This document shows, in pieces, positions 1 through 9,674 of a stretch of DNA of 64,000 bases. Made by a program: the position numbers and the translations under genes. This DNA is from Candidatus Krumholzibacteriota bacterium (GTDB lineage: Bacteria > Krumholzibacteriota > Krumholzibacteriia > JAJRXK01): the NCBI GenBank assembly GCA_029262065.1, contig JAJDAC010000057.1:2094-66093 (forward strand), given 5' to 3'. A model generated the notes under the pieces. That model saw nothing but the letters and a program-made list of their open reading frames with translations, was not told the DNA's origin and searched no databases. Within the stretch, counting starts at the first letter, position 1. Each line of letters begins with the position of its first letter.

Positions 1-662
1 CCAAGATCTGGAAGATGTCGACCACCGAGGTTCTGCGCGAGTTCCAGGCCGCGGGTCTCGATAGTGTGCCCGGCGGCGGGGCCGAGATACTGAACGACCG
101 CGTGCGTGACGTTTTGGCACCCACCAAGGTGGGCGCCGCGCGTTGGATCGAGATCATGGAAGAAGCGCATGCGCTGGGCATGCGCACCAGCGCCACCATG
201 ATGTTCGGCCACGTGGAAACGCTGCCCGAGCGCGTGGAGCACATCATTCGGGTGCGCGACAGTCAGGCGCGTACTGGCGGTTACACTGCTTTCATCTGTT
301 GGACGTACCAGCCTGGGTTTACGCCCATGTCGGTGGAAAATCTGCCGTTGCTCGAGACCATTCCGGTCAGCGCGCACAAGGGTTCGCTGGATTACCTGAA
401 GACGTTGGCCATTTCGCGCCTGGCTATCAACAACGTCGACAACTTCCAGAGTTCGTGGGTTACCCAGGGCAAGAAGATCGGTCAGCTCACGCTGTTCTAC
501 GGCGCCAACGATCTGGGCAGCACCATGATGGAAGAGAACGTGGTGTCGGCGGCGGGTGTTTCCTTCCGCCTCACGCGCGATGACATGGACGAGATGATCC
601 GGTCGGCCGGTTTCCGGCCCGCGCAGCGCGACAACTACTACAACATTTTGCAAGCCGCGTAG
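1..662 (+). CDS. mqnC: Cyclic dehypoxanthinyl futalosine synthase (radical SAM, MqnC/CofH family), 5'-truncated by window edge
   Basis: Frame is open from the window start. Motifs GLDSVPGGGAEIL, TSATMMFGHVET, AFICWTYQ, QSSWVTQG and GANDLGSTMMEENVVSAAG are typical of MqnC. Confidence 0.85.
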   Translation, partial: KIWKMSTTEVLREFQAAGLDSVPGGGAEILNDRVRDVLAPTKVGAARWIEIMEEAHALGMRTSATMMFGHVETLPERVEHIIRVRDSQARTGGYTAFICWTYQPGFTPMSVENLPLLETIPVSAHKGSLDYLKTLAISRLAINNVDNFQSSWVTQGKKIGQLTLFYGANDLGSTMMEENVVSAAGVSFRLTRDDMDEMIRSAGFRPAQRDNYYNILQAA

Positions 663-669
663 GTTCGCC

Positions 670-2967
670 ATGAGGTGGCGTGCGCGCGGCCTGTTGCTCT
701 TGTGTGCCATGGGCGCAATGTCACTTGCGTGTGGCAAGTCGTCCGCGCCGCCCGACGTCATCCTCATCACCATCGACACGTTGCGCGCCGACCACGTGGG
801 CAGCTACGGCTACGAAGCGGCCCAGACGCCCACGCTGGATGCGTTGGCAGCACGCGGAGTTCGTTTCGCGCAGGCAACGTCACCCACGCCCATTACATTG
901 CCGAGTCACGCGACGATCTTCACGGGGCGATTGCCGGCCGAACACGGAGTACGCAACAACAACACCTATCGCCTTCCCGAAGGCATTCCTACTCTGGCCG
1001 AACAGTATGCGGCCAACGGGTACCAGACCGGCGCGGTCGTGGCCTCCATGCCCTTGAGTGCACGATTCGGCATGGATCGCGGCTTCGCTCACTACGACGA
1101 CGAGTTCGACGAAAACGAACGTCGGGGAATCCATTTCGCGCAGCGCCCCGCCGATGAGGTACGGGCGGCGGCTGAAGCCTGGTTGCAGCAACAGGATTCG
1201 GAAGAACCCCTGTTCCTGTGGGTGCATTTCTTCGATCCACATCTGCCCTATGAGCCACCGTCCCCGTTCGCCGAACAGTTCGAGCCGGCGCTGTACGACG
1301 GTGAAGTGGCGTTTGCCGATCAGCAGCTGGGCCTCTTGCTCGAAGCCATGGATGCACTTCGTTCGCGCCCGCGCGTGGTGGCGGTTACATCCGATCATGG
1401 TGAGGGCTTGGGCGAACACCAGGAACCAAGCCACGCGTTGTTTCTGTACCAGACAACGTTGCACGTTCCGTTGATTCTGGCTGGCCATGGAGTGCCCGGC
1501 GGCAAGGTTGTCGAAACGCCGGTGGGGCTGGAGGGGCTGGCGCCCACACTCCTGGAGCTGTCGCATCTGGACGCCACGACGCTTGGTTCGTCGACCCCCT
1601 GGAACCTGGACCGCGTGGCCCCGGGTCGGCAGTTTTCCGAAACGCTGTACCCGCTGGAGGTGTATCGCTGGAGCCCGTCGTTCGCGCTGCGGCAGGGATC
1701 GCGCAAGGTCATTCGATCGGCCAAACCGCGTGCGTACGATCTGAGCGTTGATCCGGGCGAGCGCAGCAATCTCATGGAAGGCGAGGCTTTGCGACCGTGG
1801 ATGGAGCGAATGCTCACGTCGCTCGATAGTATGGTGGCGGCGCAAAGCAGCGTGGCTCACGCGTTGGATGCCACGCGACAGCCCACGCCCGAAGAAACCG
1901 AGGCCCTGGCCGCGTTGGGCTACGCGGGCGGCGTACCCGCGGGTAACCTCGTGCGCGATGACGACCGTCTGTTGCGCGCCACTCGCGACTACCCCGACGC
2001 CAGCGATCGCGTCGACGAATTCCTGGCGACAGATCGCGCCAGTGCATTGGTGGGCGCGCAGCAATACGCGGCCGCGGTGGCGGTGCTGTCACCGGTGGTG
2101 GAGAAGAGCCCCGACAATGTCTGGGCGCGTATGTTGTTGGCGCAAGCACTTGGCAGTTCAGGAAACGCGCCCCAGGCGATTGCGCACTACGAGCATGCGG
2201 CAAACCTTCGCCCCGAGTGGCTCGAGGTGCAGCTCAACCTGGCGCGGTTGCAGCGACGCATCGGTGACGTGGCGCAAGCGGCCAAACACTACGAACGCTC
2301 CATAGAAATCGACCCCACGAGTCTGCCGGTGTTGATCGAGAGCGTGGGTTATCTACAGGAGGCGCGGCAGTTCGATCGTGCCGTGAATCTGCTACGCGCG
2401 CGCATGGACGGCAACTGGTCTGACGCCGATCGCGAACAGATCGCCGGTGCACTGGCGCGCTTGTATTTGCAGTTGAATCGTCTGGACGAGGGTAGGGACT
2501 ACTTGCGTGCGAGTGGCGCCGCGCCTACCACCCGCGTGCTTGAAGCGCTTTACCTCCAACGAGAGGGCAAATGGGCCGAGGCGGCCACCCTGCTCAGCGA
2601 CGAGGCGTTGGCTGACCATGGTGAGGCGCAGCAGTACCTTGGGTTTTCGCAGCAGGTGCTGGGCCAGGTGGACCAGGCGCAGCAAACCTACGAGCGCAGC
2701 CTGCAGTTCGATCAGAAGTTACATCTGTCGCACAACAACCTGGCCTGGATCCTGGCCACGGAGCGAGGCGAGGCACTGCGCGCGCTCGATCACGCCGAGA
2801 AGGCGTTGGCCCTGAACCCGGGCGAGGTCGAGTACCACGATACCTACCTCGAGGTACTCGAGCGATTGGGTCGCAACGATCTGGCCCTGACGCACCTGGT
2901 TGGGATTCAAAATGAGTTCCCCGGGCATACGGGGTTGGCTGCGCGGGAAGAGAAGTACCGACAGTAG
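670..2967 (+). CDS. Sulfatase-like (alkaline phosphatase superfamily) lipoprotein with C-terminal TPR repeats
   Basis: Lipobox-like SLA-C; IDTLRADH, TLPSH, HFFDPH and SDHGE motifs; TPR-like helices in the C-terminal ~300 aa. Confidence 0.85.
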   Translation: MRWRARGLLLLCAMGAMSLACGKSSAPPDVILITIDTLRADHVGSYGYEAAQTPTLDALAARGVRFAQATSPTPITLPSHATIFTGRLPAEHGVRNNNTYRLPEGIPTLAEQYAANGYQTGAVVASMPLSARFGMDRGFAHYDDEFDENERRGIHFAQRPADEVRAAAEAWLQQQDSEEPLFLWVHFFDPHLPYEPPSPFAEQFEPALYDGEVAFADQQLGLLLEAMDALRSRPRVVAVTSDHGEGLGEHQEPSHALFLYQTTLHVPLILAGHGVPGGKVVETPVGLEGLAPTLLELSHLDATTLGSSTPWNLDRVAPGRQFSETLYPLEVYRWSPSFALRQGSRKVIRSAKPRAYDLSVDPGERSNLMEGEALRPWMERMLTSLDSMVAAQSSVAHALDATRQPTPEETEALAALGYAGGVPAGNLVRDDDRLLRATRDYPDASDRVDEFLATDRASALVGAQQYAAAVAVLSPVVEKSPDNVWARMLLAQALGSSGNAPQAIAHYEHAANLRPEWLEVQLNLARLQRRIGDVAQAAKHYERSIEIDPTSLPVLIESVGYLQEARQFDRAVNLLRARMDGNWSDADREQIAGALARLYLQLNRLDEGRDYLRASGAAPTTRVLEALYLQREGKWAEAATLLSDEALADHGEAQQYLGFSQQVLGQVDQAQQTYERSLQFDQKLHLSHNNLAWILATERGEALRALDHAEKALALNPGEVEYHDTYLEVLERLGRNDLALTHLVGIQNEFPGHTGLAAREEKYRQ

Positions 2968-3083
2968 GCCGAATTCGAGCACCTGGAATGTTGGCAAAGA
3001 CCGCCCTCGAGTCGACATGCTTCCCCGGGCAAGAGCGGTGGGTATCGCCCAGCCGCTCCCACCCGGGTCATGGGTTGGTCAAC

Positions 3084-5057
3084 TCAGGGTTCGTCCACCA
3101 CGATCCATTCCAAACTTCTTGCCTGGGCGATGTAGTTGCTGGAAGCGAAGTCGATGCTTTGCAGCGCAGGTGCTGCGAGAGCCGTCGCCGTACCCAGCAA
3201 CGTACCGCCGTCGTCGAACAAGAACGCGGTCGCGCCCGCGACGGTGTTTTCCACGCGCAATCGGTAGGCGTTGCACGGTAGGAGTACGCCTACAGTCGCG
3301 GTGTTTTGTGTATCCGCATTCAGTTGGAGTTCGCCTTGACTCACGCCAACAACGAATTCCCCGGTAACTCCATCGGATATTCCGAACTGGCCCCGGCCCC
3401 CCACGCTAGCGGTTTCCTGAGGACCAGGATAGAAGAGCGCCTCCAGCGTCCAGGTGACCCCGGCCGTGGCCACCGGGTGCGACGCAACGACCCCCGAGCT
3501 GAAATTGCCGTGCTGTCCTTCCAGAACCAGGCGCCCGTCCTGGGTCCATAGTTGCGGATCTCCGATTGCATGGACGCAAGATTCCTCGCTGGGGTCGTCG
3601 TTCGTGGACCGCTGCGCGGTCCAACCACCGGGCTGGACGCCATTGCTGGAAGCCAACAAAGGTACGGTGGGTGGGTTGATGCCGGCCCAGGGAAACGCGA
3701 TGGATTCAACACCGTTGAAATCCGAATAGAATGTGTGGGGGCCCGGTGGAATGGGAATTGGTGAAGACACGCACTCGCAGTCGTTGGGAATGCCGTCCTG
3801 GTCAGCATCTGGCTCACAGGAATCTGGAGTACCGTCGCCATCGCAGTCGGACTCGCATTCGTCGGGGATGAAGTTGCCGTTGCAGTCGTCCGTGAGGCCG
3901 ACGATGATTTCCAACGCGTCGGCAATTCCGTTGATGTTGCAGTCACTCTCGCACGGGTCGTCGACGCCGTTGCCGTTGCAGTCTTCGAACTCACCCACGA
4001 GGTTGCAAACCGCGGGTAAGTCGAAGTTTCCTCGGGCGTTGTCGGCCGCGACGCCCATCCACGGACTTTCGCCGGGTCCAAATACGTTGTCGAAGCGGGT
4101 GGTAAATTCCTCCCCACGCCCCGTGCTGGGGACAGCAGTTCCGTACTTCGTGCTCGCCACCCATCGCACGCGTGATTCGAACCCAGGCGGCTCTGTACGA
4201 GCCTGGAACGTGATGTCTTGGCCCGGAAGAATCAGGTCTTCGTCTGAACGATGACTGGTAATGCTCACGGCGTATGCATCGACGCGAATGCTTTGGGATC
4301 GGTTCGGTGGGCCAACATCGATGCGGTGGGCTCCGGGGTTCGCGAGCACGTGACCAATGTCGATTCCAAGGGCCACCGCCCGGCCGTCGACTCTTACCTC
4401 GGTGAGGTGCCCGAACTCTGCGGGCTCGGTCTGCGTGCGAATCCGGAGCTGGCGACCGACCGACGTCAGGTAGTGATCCAGCCCCACCATACTCACGTCG
4501 GCCACGCGTCCTTCATTGAAGAACAGATCCATCGACTCGGTATTGGTGAGCGTTCCTTCCCTGGCTCCAGGATCCCAGTCGAGGGCCAGTGACGTGGTCG
4601 CGATAGCAGAAGTCTCCTGCGCCACAACGACGATCGCGCATTCGACAAATGAAGACTCCAGACCGTCAGCCGTGCGAACCTCGGCGCTCACGGGCATCGA
4701 ACCCACCACGTTGGTGGGGCAAACCGCGTAGGACACACCGTCGCCGGTACGCGTCTCGATGGCTCCGTTCCAACGTATCGATGCATCCATGGGTGCGGTG
4801 AACCGCAGTTCGAACGTCGCGTTGCGTGGCACCGCGAATCGTCGGCGCCCGTTCAACGAGTGCCAGGCGGTGGTCAGACCTTCGATAGGACCTATCTCGA
4901 GCCCAGTGGTTCGTTCCAACTCCACCGGCGCGGCCGGCGCAAACGGATCTTCCGGCAACAACTGGGGTTCCAGCGGCGCGCTCTGATCGCAGCCGAGCGC
5001 GGCCAGCAGGCAGAGGGCCGAAAAAGTCGTTGGTACGGAGCGATTTAGGTGTTTCAT
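3084..5057 (-). CDS. Putative lipoprotein with five thrombospondin-type-3-like Ca-binding repeats
   Basis: Signal peptide with LAALG-C lipobox; repeats DCNGNGVDDPCE, DCNINGIADALE, DCNGNFIPDECE, DCDGDGTPDSCE, DADQDGIPNDCE. Confidence 0.7.
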   Translation of the reverse strand: MKHLNRSVPTTFSALCLLAALGCDQSAPLEPQLLPEDPFAPAAPVELERTTGLEIGPIEGLTTAWHSLNGRRRFAVPRNATFELRFTAPMDASIRWNGAIETRTGDGVSYAVCPTNVVGSMPVSAEVRTADGLESSFVECAIVVVAQETSAIATTSLALDWDPGAREGTLTNTESMDLFFNEGRVADVSMVGLDHYLTSVGRQLRIRTQTEPAEFGHLTEVRVDGRAVALGIDIGHVLANPGAHRIDVGPPNRSQSIRVDAYAVSITSHRSDEDLILPGQDITFQARTEPPGFESRVRWVASTKYGTAVPSTGRGEEFTTRFDNVFGPGESPWMGVAADNARGNFDLPAVCNLVGEFEDCNGNGVDDPCESDCNINGIADALEIIVGLTDDCNGNFIPDECESDCDGDGTPDSCEPDADQDGIPNDCECVSSPIPIPPGPHTFYSDFNGVESIAFPWAGINPPTVPLLASSNGVQPGGWTAQRSTNDDPSEESCVHAIGDPQLWTQDGRLVLEGQHGNFSSGVVASHPVATAGVTWTLEALFYPGPQETASVGGRGQFGISDGVTGEFVVGVSQGELQLNADTQNTATVGVLLPCNAYRLRVENTVAGATAFLFDDGGTLLGTATALAAPALQSIDFASSNYIAQARSLEWIVVDEP

Positions 5058-5163
5058 TGGCCATCTCCGTGGGGTTCGTGCTGGTATAGGAGAAGGACTG
5101 TTCGAGCCCCCCTGCCGATCGAATACGAACGTAATCGAAGAAGATTACAAATGGAAGCGAAAA

Positions 5164-6933
5164 GTGACCGCGCCACGTGACCGCGATTCGAATCGCAAGA
5201 AAATCTCCCTTAACAGCGTCCAGCACGCGTTTGTCACCATCATCTGGCCGCGACGCAAGCTCGTCCTGGTTGGGCTTCTACTGGTGGCACTGAACCGGCT
5301 GGCTGGGCTGGTGCTGCCGGGGTCCACCAAGTACCTGCTCGACGACGTCGTGGTGAACAAGAACACCGACATGCTGCGCACCCTGGTGCTGGTGGTGGGG
5401 CTGGCCCTCCTGGTGCAATCGATCACTTCGTACCTGCTTACGCGCCTGCTCAGCGTCGAGGCCCAGAACCTGATTTCCCAGCTGCGCGGTCAGATGCAGC
5501 GTCACATCTCACGTCTTCCCATTGCGTTCTTCGACAACACCAAGACGGGTGCGCTGGTATCGCGCATCATGACCGACGCCGAGGGTGTTCGGAACCTGGT
5601 GGGCACTGGTTTGGTTCAACTGGTAGGTGGCCTTCTGACGGCGGCGGTCTCTTTGGTGCTTTTGCTGCGCATCAACGCGCGGATGACGTTCTACGCGTTC
5701 ATTCCGGTCGTTGTCTTTGGTCTCATATCGATGAAGGCGTTTGCCTACATCCGGCCGATCTTCCGTCGCCGGGGCGCCATCAACGCCGAGGTCACCGGGC
5801 GACTCACCGAGACGCTCAACGGAATTCGCGTCATCAAGGGTTTTCACGCCGAAGATCAGGAAGATCGGGTCTTCGCCGACGGCGTGCACCGCGTTTTCAA
5901 CAACGTGCGGGAATCGCTGACCGCCACCAGCCTGGTCACCAGCTTCGCCACATTGCTCATGGGGCTTACCAGCGTGATCATCATGGGTGTGGGTGGCGCC
6001 ATGATCATTCGAGGCGAAATGACCGTCGGCGATTTCGTGGCGTTTACTCTGTACCTGGCGTTCCTGGTGTCGCCGATCGTTCAGATGAGCAACATCGGTA
6101 CACAGATGACTGAAGCGTTTGCCGGACTGGATCGGATGGAAGAGATCCTGTCGATGGAGCGTGAGGGCGAAAACGAGGGCCGTACCGTGGTGTTGACTGA
6201 CATCCGCGGCGATATCGAATTTGACTCGGTGTCCTTCGCCTACGATGTGGGCAAGCCCGTGTTGCACGATGTGAGTTTCACCGCCGCGGCAGGAACGGTG
6301 ACCGCGCTGGTGGGATCTTCGGGGTCGGGGAAGTCCACGGCGGCGGGGTTGGCGGCGTCGTTTCGCAAGCCGATCTCAGGGGCGGTGCGCATCGATGGAC
6401 ACGACCTGGCCACGGTGGACCTGGAGAGCTATCGACAACATCTGGGAGTGGTGTTGCAGGACGAGTTCCTGTTCGAGGGAACGATCCGCGAGAATATCCT
6501 CTTTGCCCGGCCGCAGGCCAGCGAAGGCGATGTGCAAGAGGCCGCCCGCGCCGCCTACGTGACCGAGTTCACCGACCGATTCGACGAGGGACTCGAGACC
6601 CTGATTGGGGAGCGAGGCGTGAAGTTGTCCGGCGGCCAGCGACAACGCGTTTCCATCGCGCGCGCCATACTGGCCGATCCGAGAATCCTCATACTCGACG
6701 AGGCGACCTCGAGCCTGGACACCGAGAGCGAAGCGCTCATCCAGGAGAGCCTGAACCACTTGATGCAGGGTCGTACGACCCTGGTCATTGCCCATCGTCT
6801 TAGTACGATTCGCCGCGCCAACCAGATTCTGGTGTTGGAGAGTGGGCGAATCGTCGAACAGGGATCGCACGAGGATCTGCTCGCCAAACAAGGTCGCTAC
6901 CACGACCTGTATACCTATCAAGCGCGTATCTAG
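5164..6933 (+). CDS. ABC exporter, fused permease/ATPase (MsbA/MdlA-like)
   Basis: N-terminal TM helices; Walker A GSSGSGKS, signature LSGGQRQR, Walker B ILILDEATS, H-loop IAHRLST. Confidence 0.95.
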   Translation: MTAPRDRDSNRKKISLNSVQHAFVTIIWPRRKLVLVGLLLVALNRLAGLVLPGSTKYLLDDVVVNKNTDMLRTLVLVVGLALLVQSITSYLLTRLLSVEAQNLISQLRGQMQRHISRLPIAFFDNTKTGALVSRIMTDAEGVRNLVGTGLVQLVGGLLTAAVSLVLLLRINARMTFYAFIPVVVFGLISMKAFAYIRPIFRRRGAINAEVTGRLTETLNGIRVIKGFHAEDQEDRVFADGVHRVFNNVRESLTATSLVTSFATLLMGLTSVIIMGVGGAMIIRGEMTVGDFVAFTLYLAFLVSPIVQMSNIGTQMTEAFAGLDRMEEILSMEREGENEGRTVVLTDIRGDIEFDSVSFAYDVGKPVLHDVSFTAAAGTVTALVGSSGSGKSTAAGLAASFRKPISGAVRIDGHDLATVDLESYRQHLGVVLQDEFLFEGTIRENILFARPQASEGDVQEAARAAYVTEFTDRFDEGLETLIGERGVKLSGGQRQRVSIARAILADPRILILDEATSSLDTESEALIQESLNHLMQGRTTLVIAHRLSTIRRANQILVLESGRIVEQGSHEDLLAKQGRYHDLYTYQARI

Positions 6934-6962
6934 GGCTGATTGCAAGGCGGCTTTGAAATATC

Positions 6963-7859
6963 CTATTCCCGTATGAACGTCCCCGCGCGCAGTTCCCGCC
7001 ACGCCTGATTCAGCTCGGCTTCCGTGTTCATTACAATGGGTCCGCGCCAGGCGACTGGCTCGCGCAGAGGCTCGCCCGAAACCAACAGGAAGCGTGCTCC
7101 TATATCACCCGACTCGACGACAACTTCGTCGCCGCGATCGAATGTTACCAGCGAGCGATTGTCGGCGTACTCGCTCATGGGCTGACCGTGGTGGCTGGGC
7201 GGCTCGACGCGGACGGCGCCCGGTTCACTGGCTGCGTGGAAGCGGGCCTCTCCCTCGAACACGTAGGCGAATGCAGTGCGGGAAGTTTCGACCGGTAGAG
7301 ATCGCTTCGTATTCGCGGGAAGGCTTACGTCGAGATATCGAGGCTGAGCGGCCACGCCGTCCACGGGTCCACGTTGTCCCCAGAATTCACCGCATACCAC
7401 GCGTACGGCGGTGCCGTCGTCGTCGGTCACGGTGGGGATATCCTTCGACAGAACGTCCTGGTAGCGCGGTGCGGTCATCTTCAGGGAACTGGGTAGATTG
7501 GCCCACAACTGGAACCCGTGCATGCGCCCCTGTGCGTCGCCGTGCGGCATCTCCTGATGGAGAATTCCGCTCCCCGCCGTCATCCACTGCACATCACCGG
7601 CACCGAGCGAGCCTTCGTTTCCCAAGCTGTCGGCGTGGCTGACATTGCCTGCCAACACGTAGGTGATGGTCTCGATGCCCCGGTGCGGATGCCAGGGGAA
7701 GCCTTTCTCATACTTGAGGGGATCGTCGTTGCGGAAGTCATCGAAGAGAAGAAATGGATCGGTTGTGTCCGTGTCGCCAAATCCAAACGCACGATGCAAA
7801 TGGACGCCGGCTCCCTCCATGGTGGGTTGGGCTTTCGATATGGATTTCATGGAACGCAA
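6963..7859 (-). CDS. Pirin family protein
   Basis: EGAGVHLHRAFG, DPFLLFDDF, FPWHPHRGIETITY, VQWMTAGSGILHQE, FQLWANLP. Start re-picked at TTG 7859, 9 nt after AAGGAG; the ORF track starts at 7901. Confidence 0.92.
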   Translation of the reverse strand: MRSMKSISKAQPTMEGAGVHLHRAFGFGDTDTTDPFLLFDDFRNDDPLKYEKGFPWHPHRGIETITYVLAGNVSHADSLGNEGSLGAGDVQWMTAGSGILHQEMPHGDAQGRMHGFQLWANLPSSLKMTAPRYQDVLSKDIPTVTDDDGTAVRVVCGEFWGQRGPVDGVAAQPRYLDVSLPANTKRSLPVETSRTAFAYVFEGEARFHAASEPGAVRVEPPSHHGQPMSEYADNRSLVTFDRGDEVVVESGDIGARFLLVSGEPLREPVAWRGPIVMNTEAELNQAWRELRAGTFIRE

Positions 7860-8197
7860 GGTGGCTTTCTCCTTGGGGTCATTGTCCCAGACAATATACA
7901 CGATCGCTCAGCGGGGCAGCCAATGCGCCCTCCCGCCGGTGCGATCGGTTTGGCGGGATCATCGTAGCCGAACGTGAATACGATTCGGTTCTTCGGTTTC
8001 CACTCCAGGATTTCGCCCGAGGCGGTGGAACCGTCGGGGTAGCAGATTCGGACCGCGCCGCCGGCCCGCGCCTGAATGCTTGATCCGTCGCCCCACCAAC
8101 GCGCGAAGCGAACGGTGTCTTCGAAGTATCGCCACACGGTCTCGAGCTGCGCGCGGATAAGAAGGTCGCGCCCGACCCGAAAATTCATTGGTTCCAT
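7847..8197 (-). pseudogene. SRPBCC/AHA1-domain gene, apparently C-terminally truncated
   Basis: LLIRAQLETVWRYF...RWWG...GEILEW.P..RIVFTFG is the N-terminal two-thirds of an SRPBCC fold. After PIAPAGG the frame reads through the pirin upstream region and lacks the final strands and helix. Confidence 0.6.
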
Positions 8198-8206
8198 GAA
8201 CTTTCC

Positions 8207-8521
8207 TCACCTGGAGTCTTGGTGTTGCTCGTCCTCGGCCAGCTGTTTGAGTTCGTCGAGGGCCACGCTCCACATTTCCTCGAGCCACGTGCCCAAGGTT
8301 CCCATGGCGTCCCGGTTGGCGGTGTAGAGCCGCCGCCGCCCGTCGGCACGGACCGACACCAGGTTGGCCTCGCGAAGCACCCGAAGATGTTGAGAGACCG
8401 CACCGAATGTCACGTCGGCCAAGAGGGCGTGGATCTCCCCGGCCGCCCGTTCGTGTTGCCAGACCAAGCGCAGGGCTTCCCGTCGTCTTGGTTCGGCTAG
8501 GGCGTGAAGTATCGCATCCAT
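8207..8521 (-). CDS. ArsR/SmtB family transcriptional regulator
   Basis: ALAEPRRREAL...AVSQHLRVLREANLV...GRRRLY; classic ArsR-SRPBCC gene pair. Confidence 0.92.
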   Translation of the reverse strand: MDAILHALAEPRRREALRLVWQHERAAGEIHALLADVTFGAVSQHLRVLREANLVSVRADGRRRLYTANRDAMGTLGTWLEEMWSVALDELKQLAEDEQHQDSR

Positions 8522-8557
8522 AGCCTATACTTTAGTAAATACTAAAATATTGGTCAA
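8522..8557 (-). promoter_or_regulatory. Sigma-70-type promoter with overlapping palindromic operator for the arsR-like gene
   Basis: Minus strand reads TTGACC-N17-TAAAGT-N7-ATG. Inverted repeat TTTAGT-N4-ACTAAA at 8531-8546 overlaps the spacer and -10. Confidence 0.7.
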
Positions 8558-8675
8558 GCCGCCCTTTTCCGCCCGCCGCGCTATCGGAAGGGCCGCCTGG
8601 GGTGGAGGGGATCGTGCGGCGTAAGTATACTTCCCGCTGTTCGTTTCACATCAAGCACACAAGGAAGCCTCAGGA

Positions 8676-9674
8676 ATGTCGTTCAACCTATCCACGCGTT
8701 CGTTCACCAAGTTGCTCGATTTCAGCCCGCGCGAAATCCAATACCTGCTCGACCTGTCCCGGGACTTGAAACGGGCCAAGTACGCCGGCACCGAGCAGCA
8801 GTCGCTTCGGGGCAAGAACGTCGTTCTGATCTTCGAGAAAACGTCGACGCGCACGCGCTGCGCATTCGAAGTGGCCGCCTTCGACCAGGGTGCGAACGTT
8901 ACGTACATGGGCGGCGGATCCCAGATGGGTCACAAGGAAACGGTGAAGGACACCGCGCGTGTCCTGGGCCGCATGTACGACGGCATCGAGTTCCGCGGCT
9001 ACCGGCAGTCCGACGTGGAGGACCTGGCCAGGTTCTCAGGGGTTCCGGTCTGGAACGGTTTGACCGACGAGTTTCATCCCACGCAGATCCTGGCCGACTT
9101 CCTGACCATGCAGGAATACGGCCGAGGCAAGGAACTACATCAGATCAAGTTCGCGTACCTGGGCGATGCCCGGAACAACATGGGCAACTCGCTCATGGTC
9201 GGCGCCGCGAAGATGGGTATGGATGTACGCCTGGTGGCGCCGAAGCAGTTCTGGCCCACCGACGATCTGGTGAATCAGTGTCGGGACATCGCCCGCGAAA
9301 CCGGAGCGGTCATCTCCCTGACCCATGATGTCGCCGCTGGCGTCAAGGACGCCGACTTCCTCTACACCGACGTCTGGGTTTCCATGGGTGAAGCCAAGGA
9401 AGCCTGGGCCGAGCGCGTGAAACTGATGCAGCCCTACCAGATCAACCTGGATGTGATCGCCAAGACCCAGAATGCCGACGTGAAGTTCATGCACTGCCTA
9501 CCGGCGTTTCACAACAATGAGACCACGGTCGGCAAGGAAATCGAGGAGCAGCACGGGCTGAACGGGCTGGAAGTAAACGACGATGTGTTTGAGTCGGCGT
9601 ACAATATCTCGTTCGAGCAGGCCGAGAATCGCATGCACACGATCAAGGCCATCATGGTGGCGACCATGGGCTAG
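8676..9674 (+). CDS. argF: Ornithine carbamoyltransferase
   Basis: [20 protein letters not shown] and FMHCLP motifs. N-terminus ([20 protein letters not shown]) resembles catabolic ArcB-type enzymes. Confidence 0.95.
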   Translation: MSFNLSTRSFTKLLDFSPREIQYLLDLSRDLKRAKYAGTEQQSLRGKNVVLIFEKTSTRTRCAFEVAAFDQGANVTYMGGGSQMGHKETVKDTARVLGRMYDGIEFRGYRQSDVEDLARFSGVPVWNGLTDEFHPTQILADFLTMQEYGRGKELHQIKFAYLGDARNNMGNSLMVGAAKMGMDVRLVAPKQFWPTDDLVNQCRDIARETGAVISLTHDVAAGVKDADFLYTDVWVSMGEAKEAWAERVKLMQPYQINLDVIAKTQNADVKFMHCLPAFHNNETTVGKEIEEQHGLNGLEVNDDVFESAYNISFEQAENRMHTIKAIMVATMG

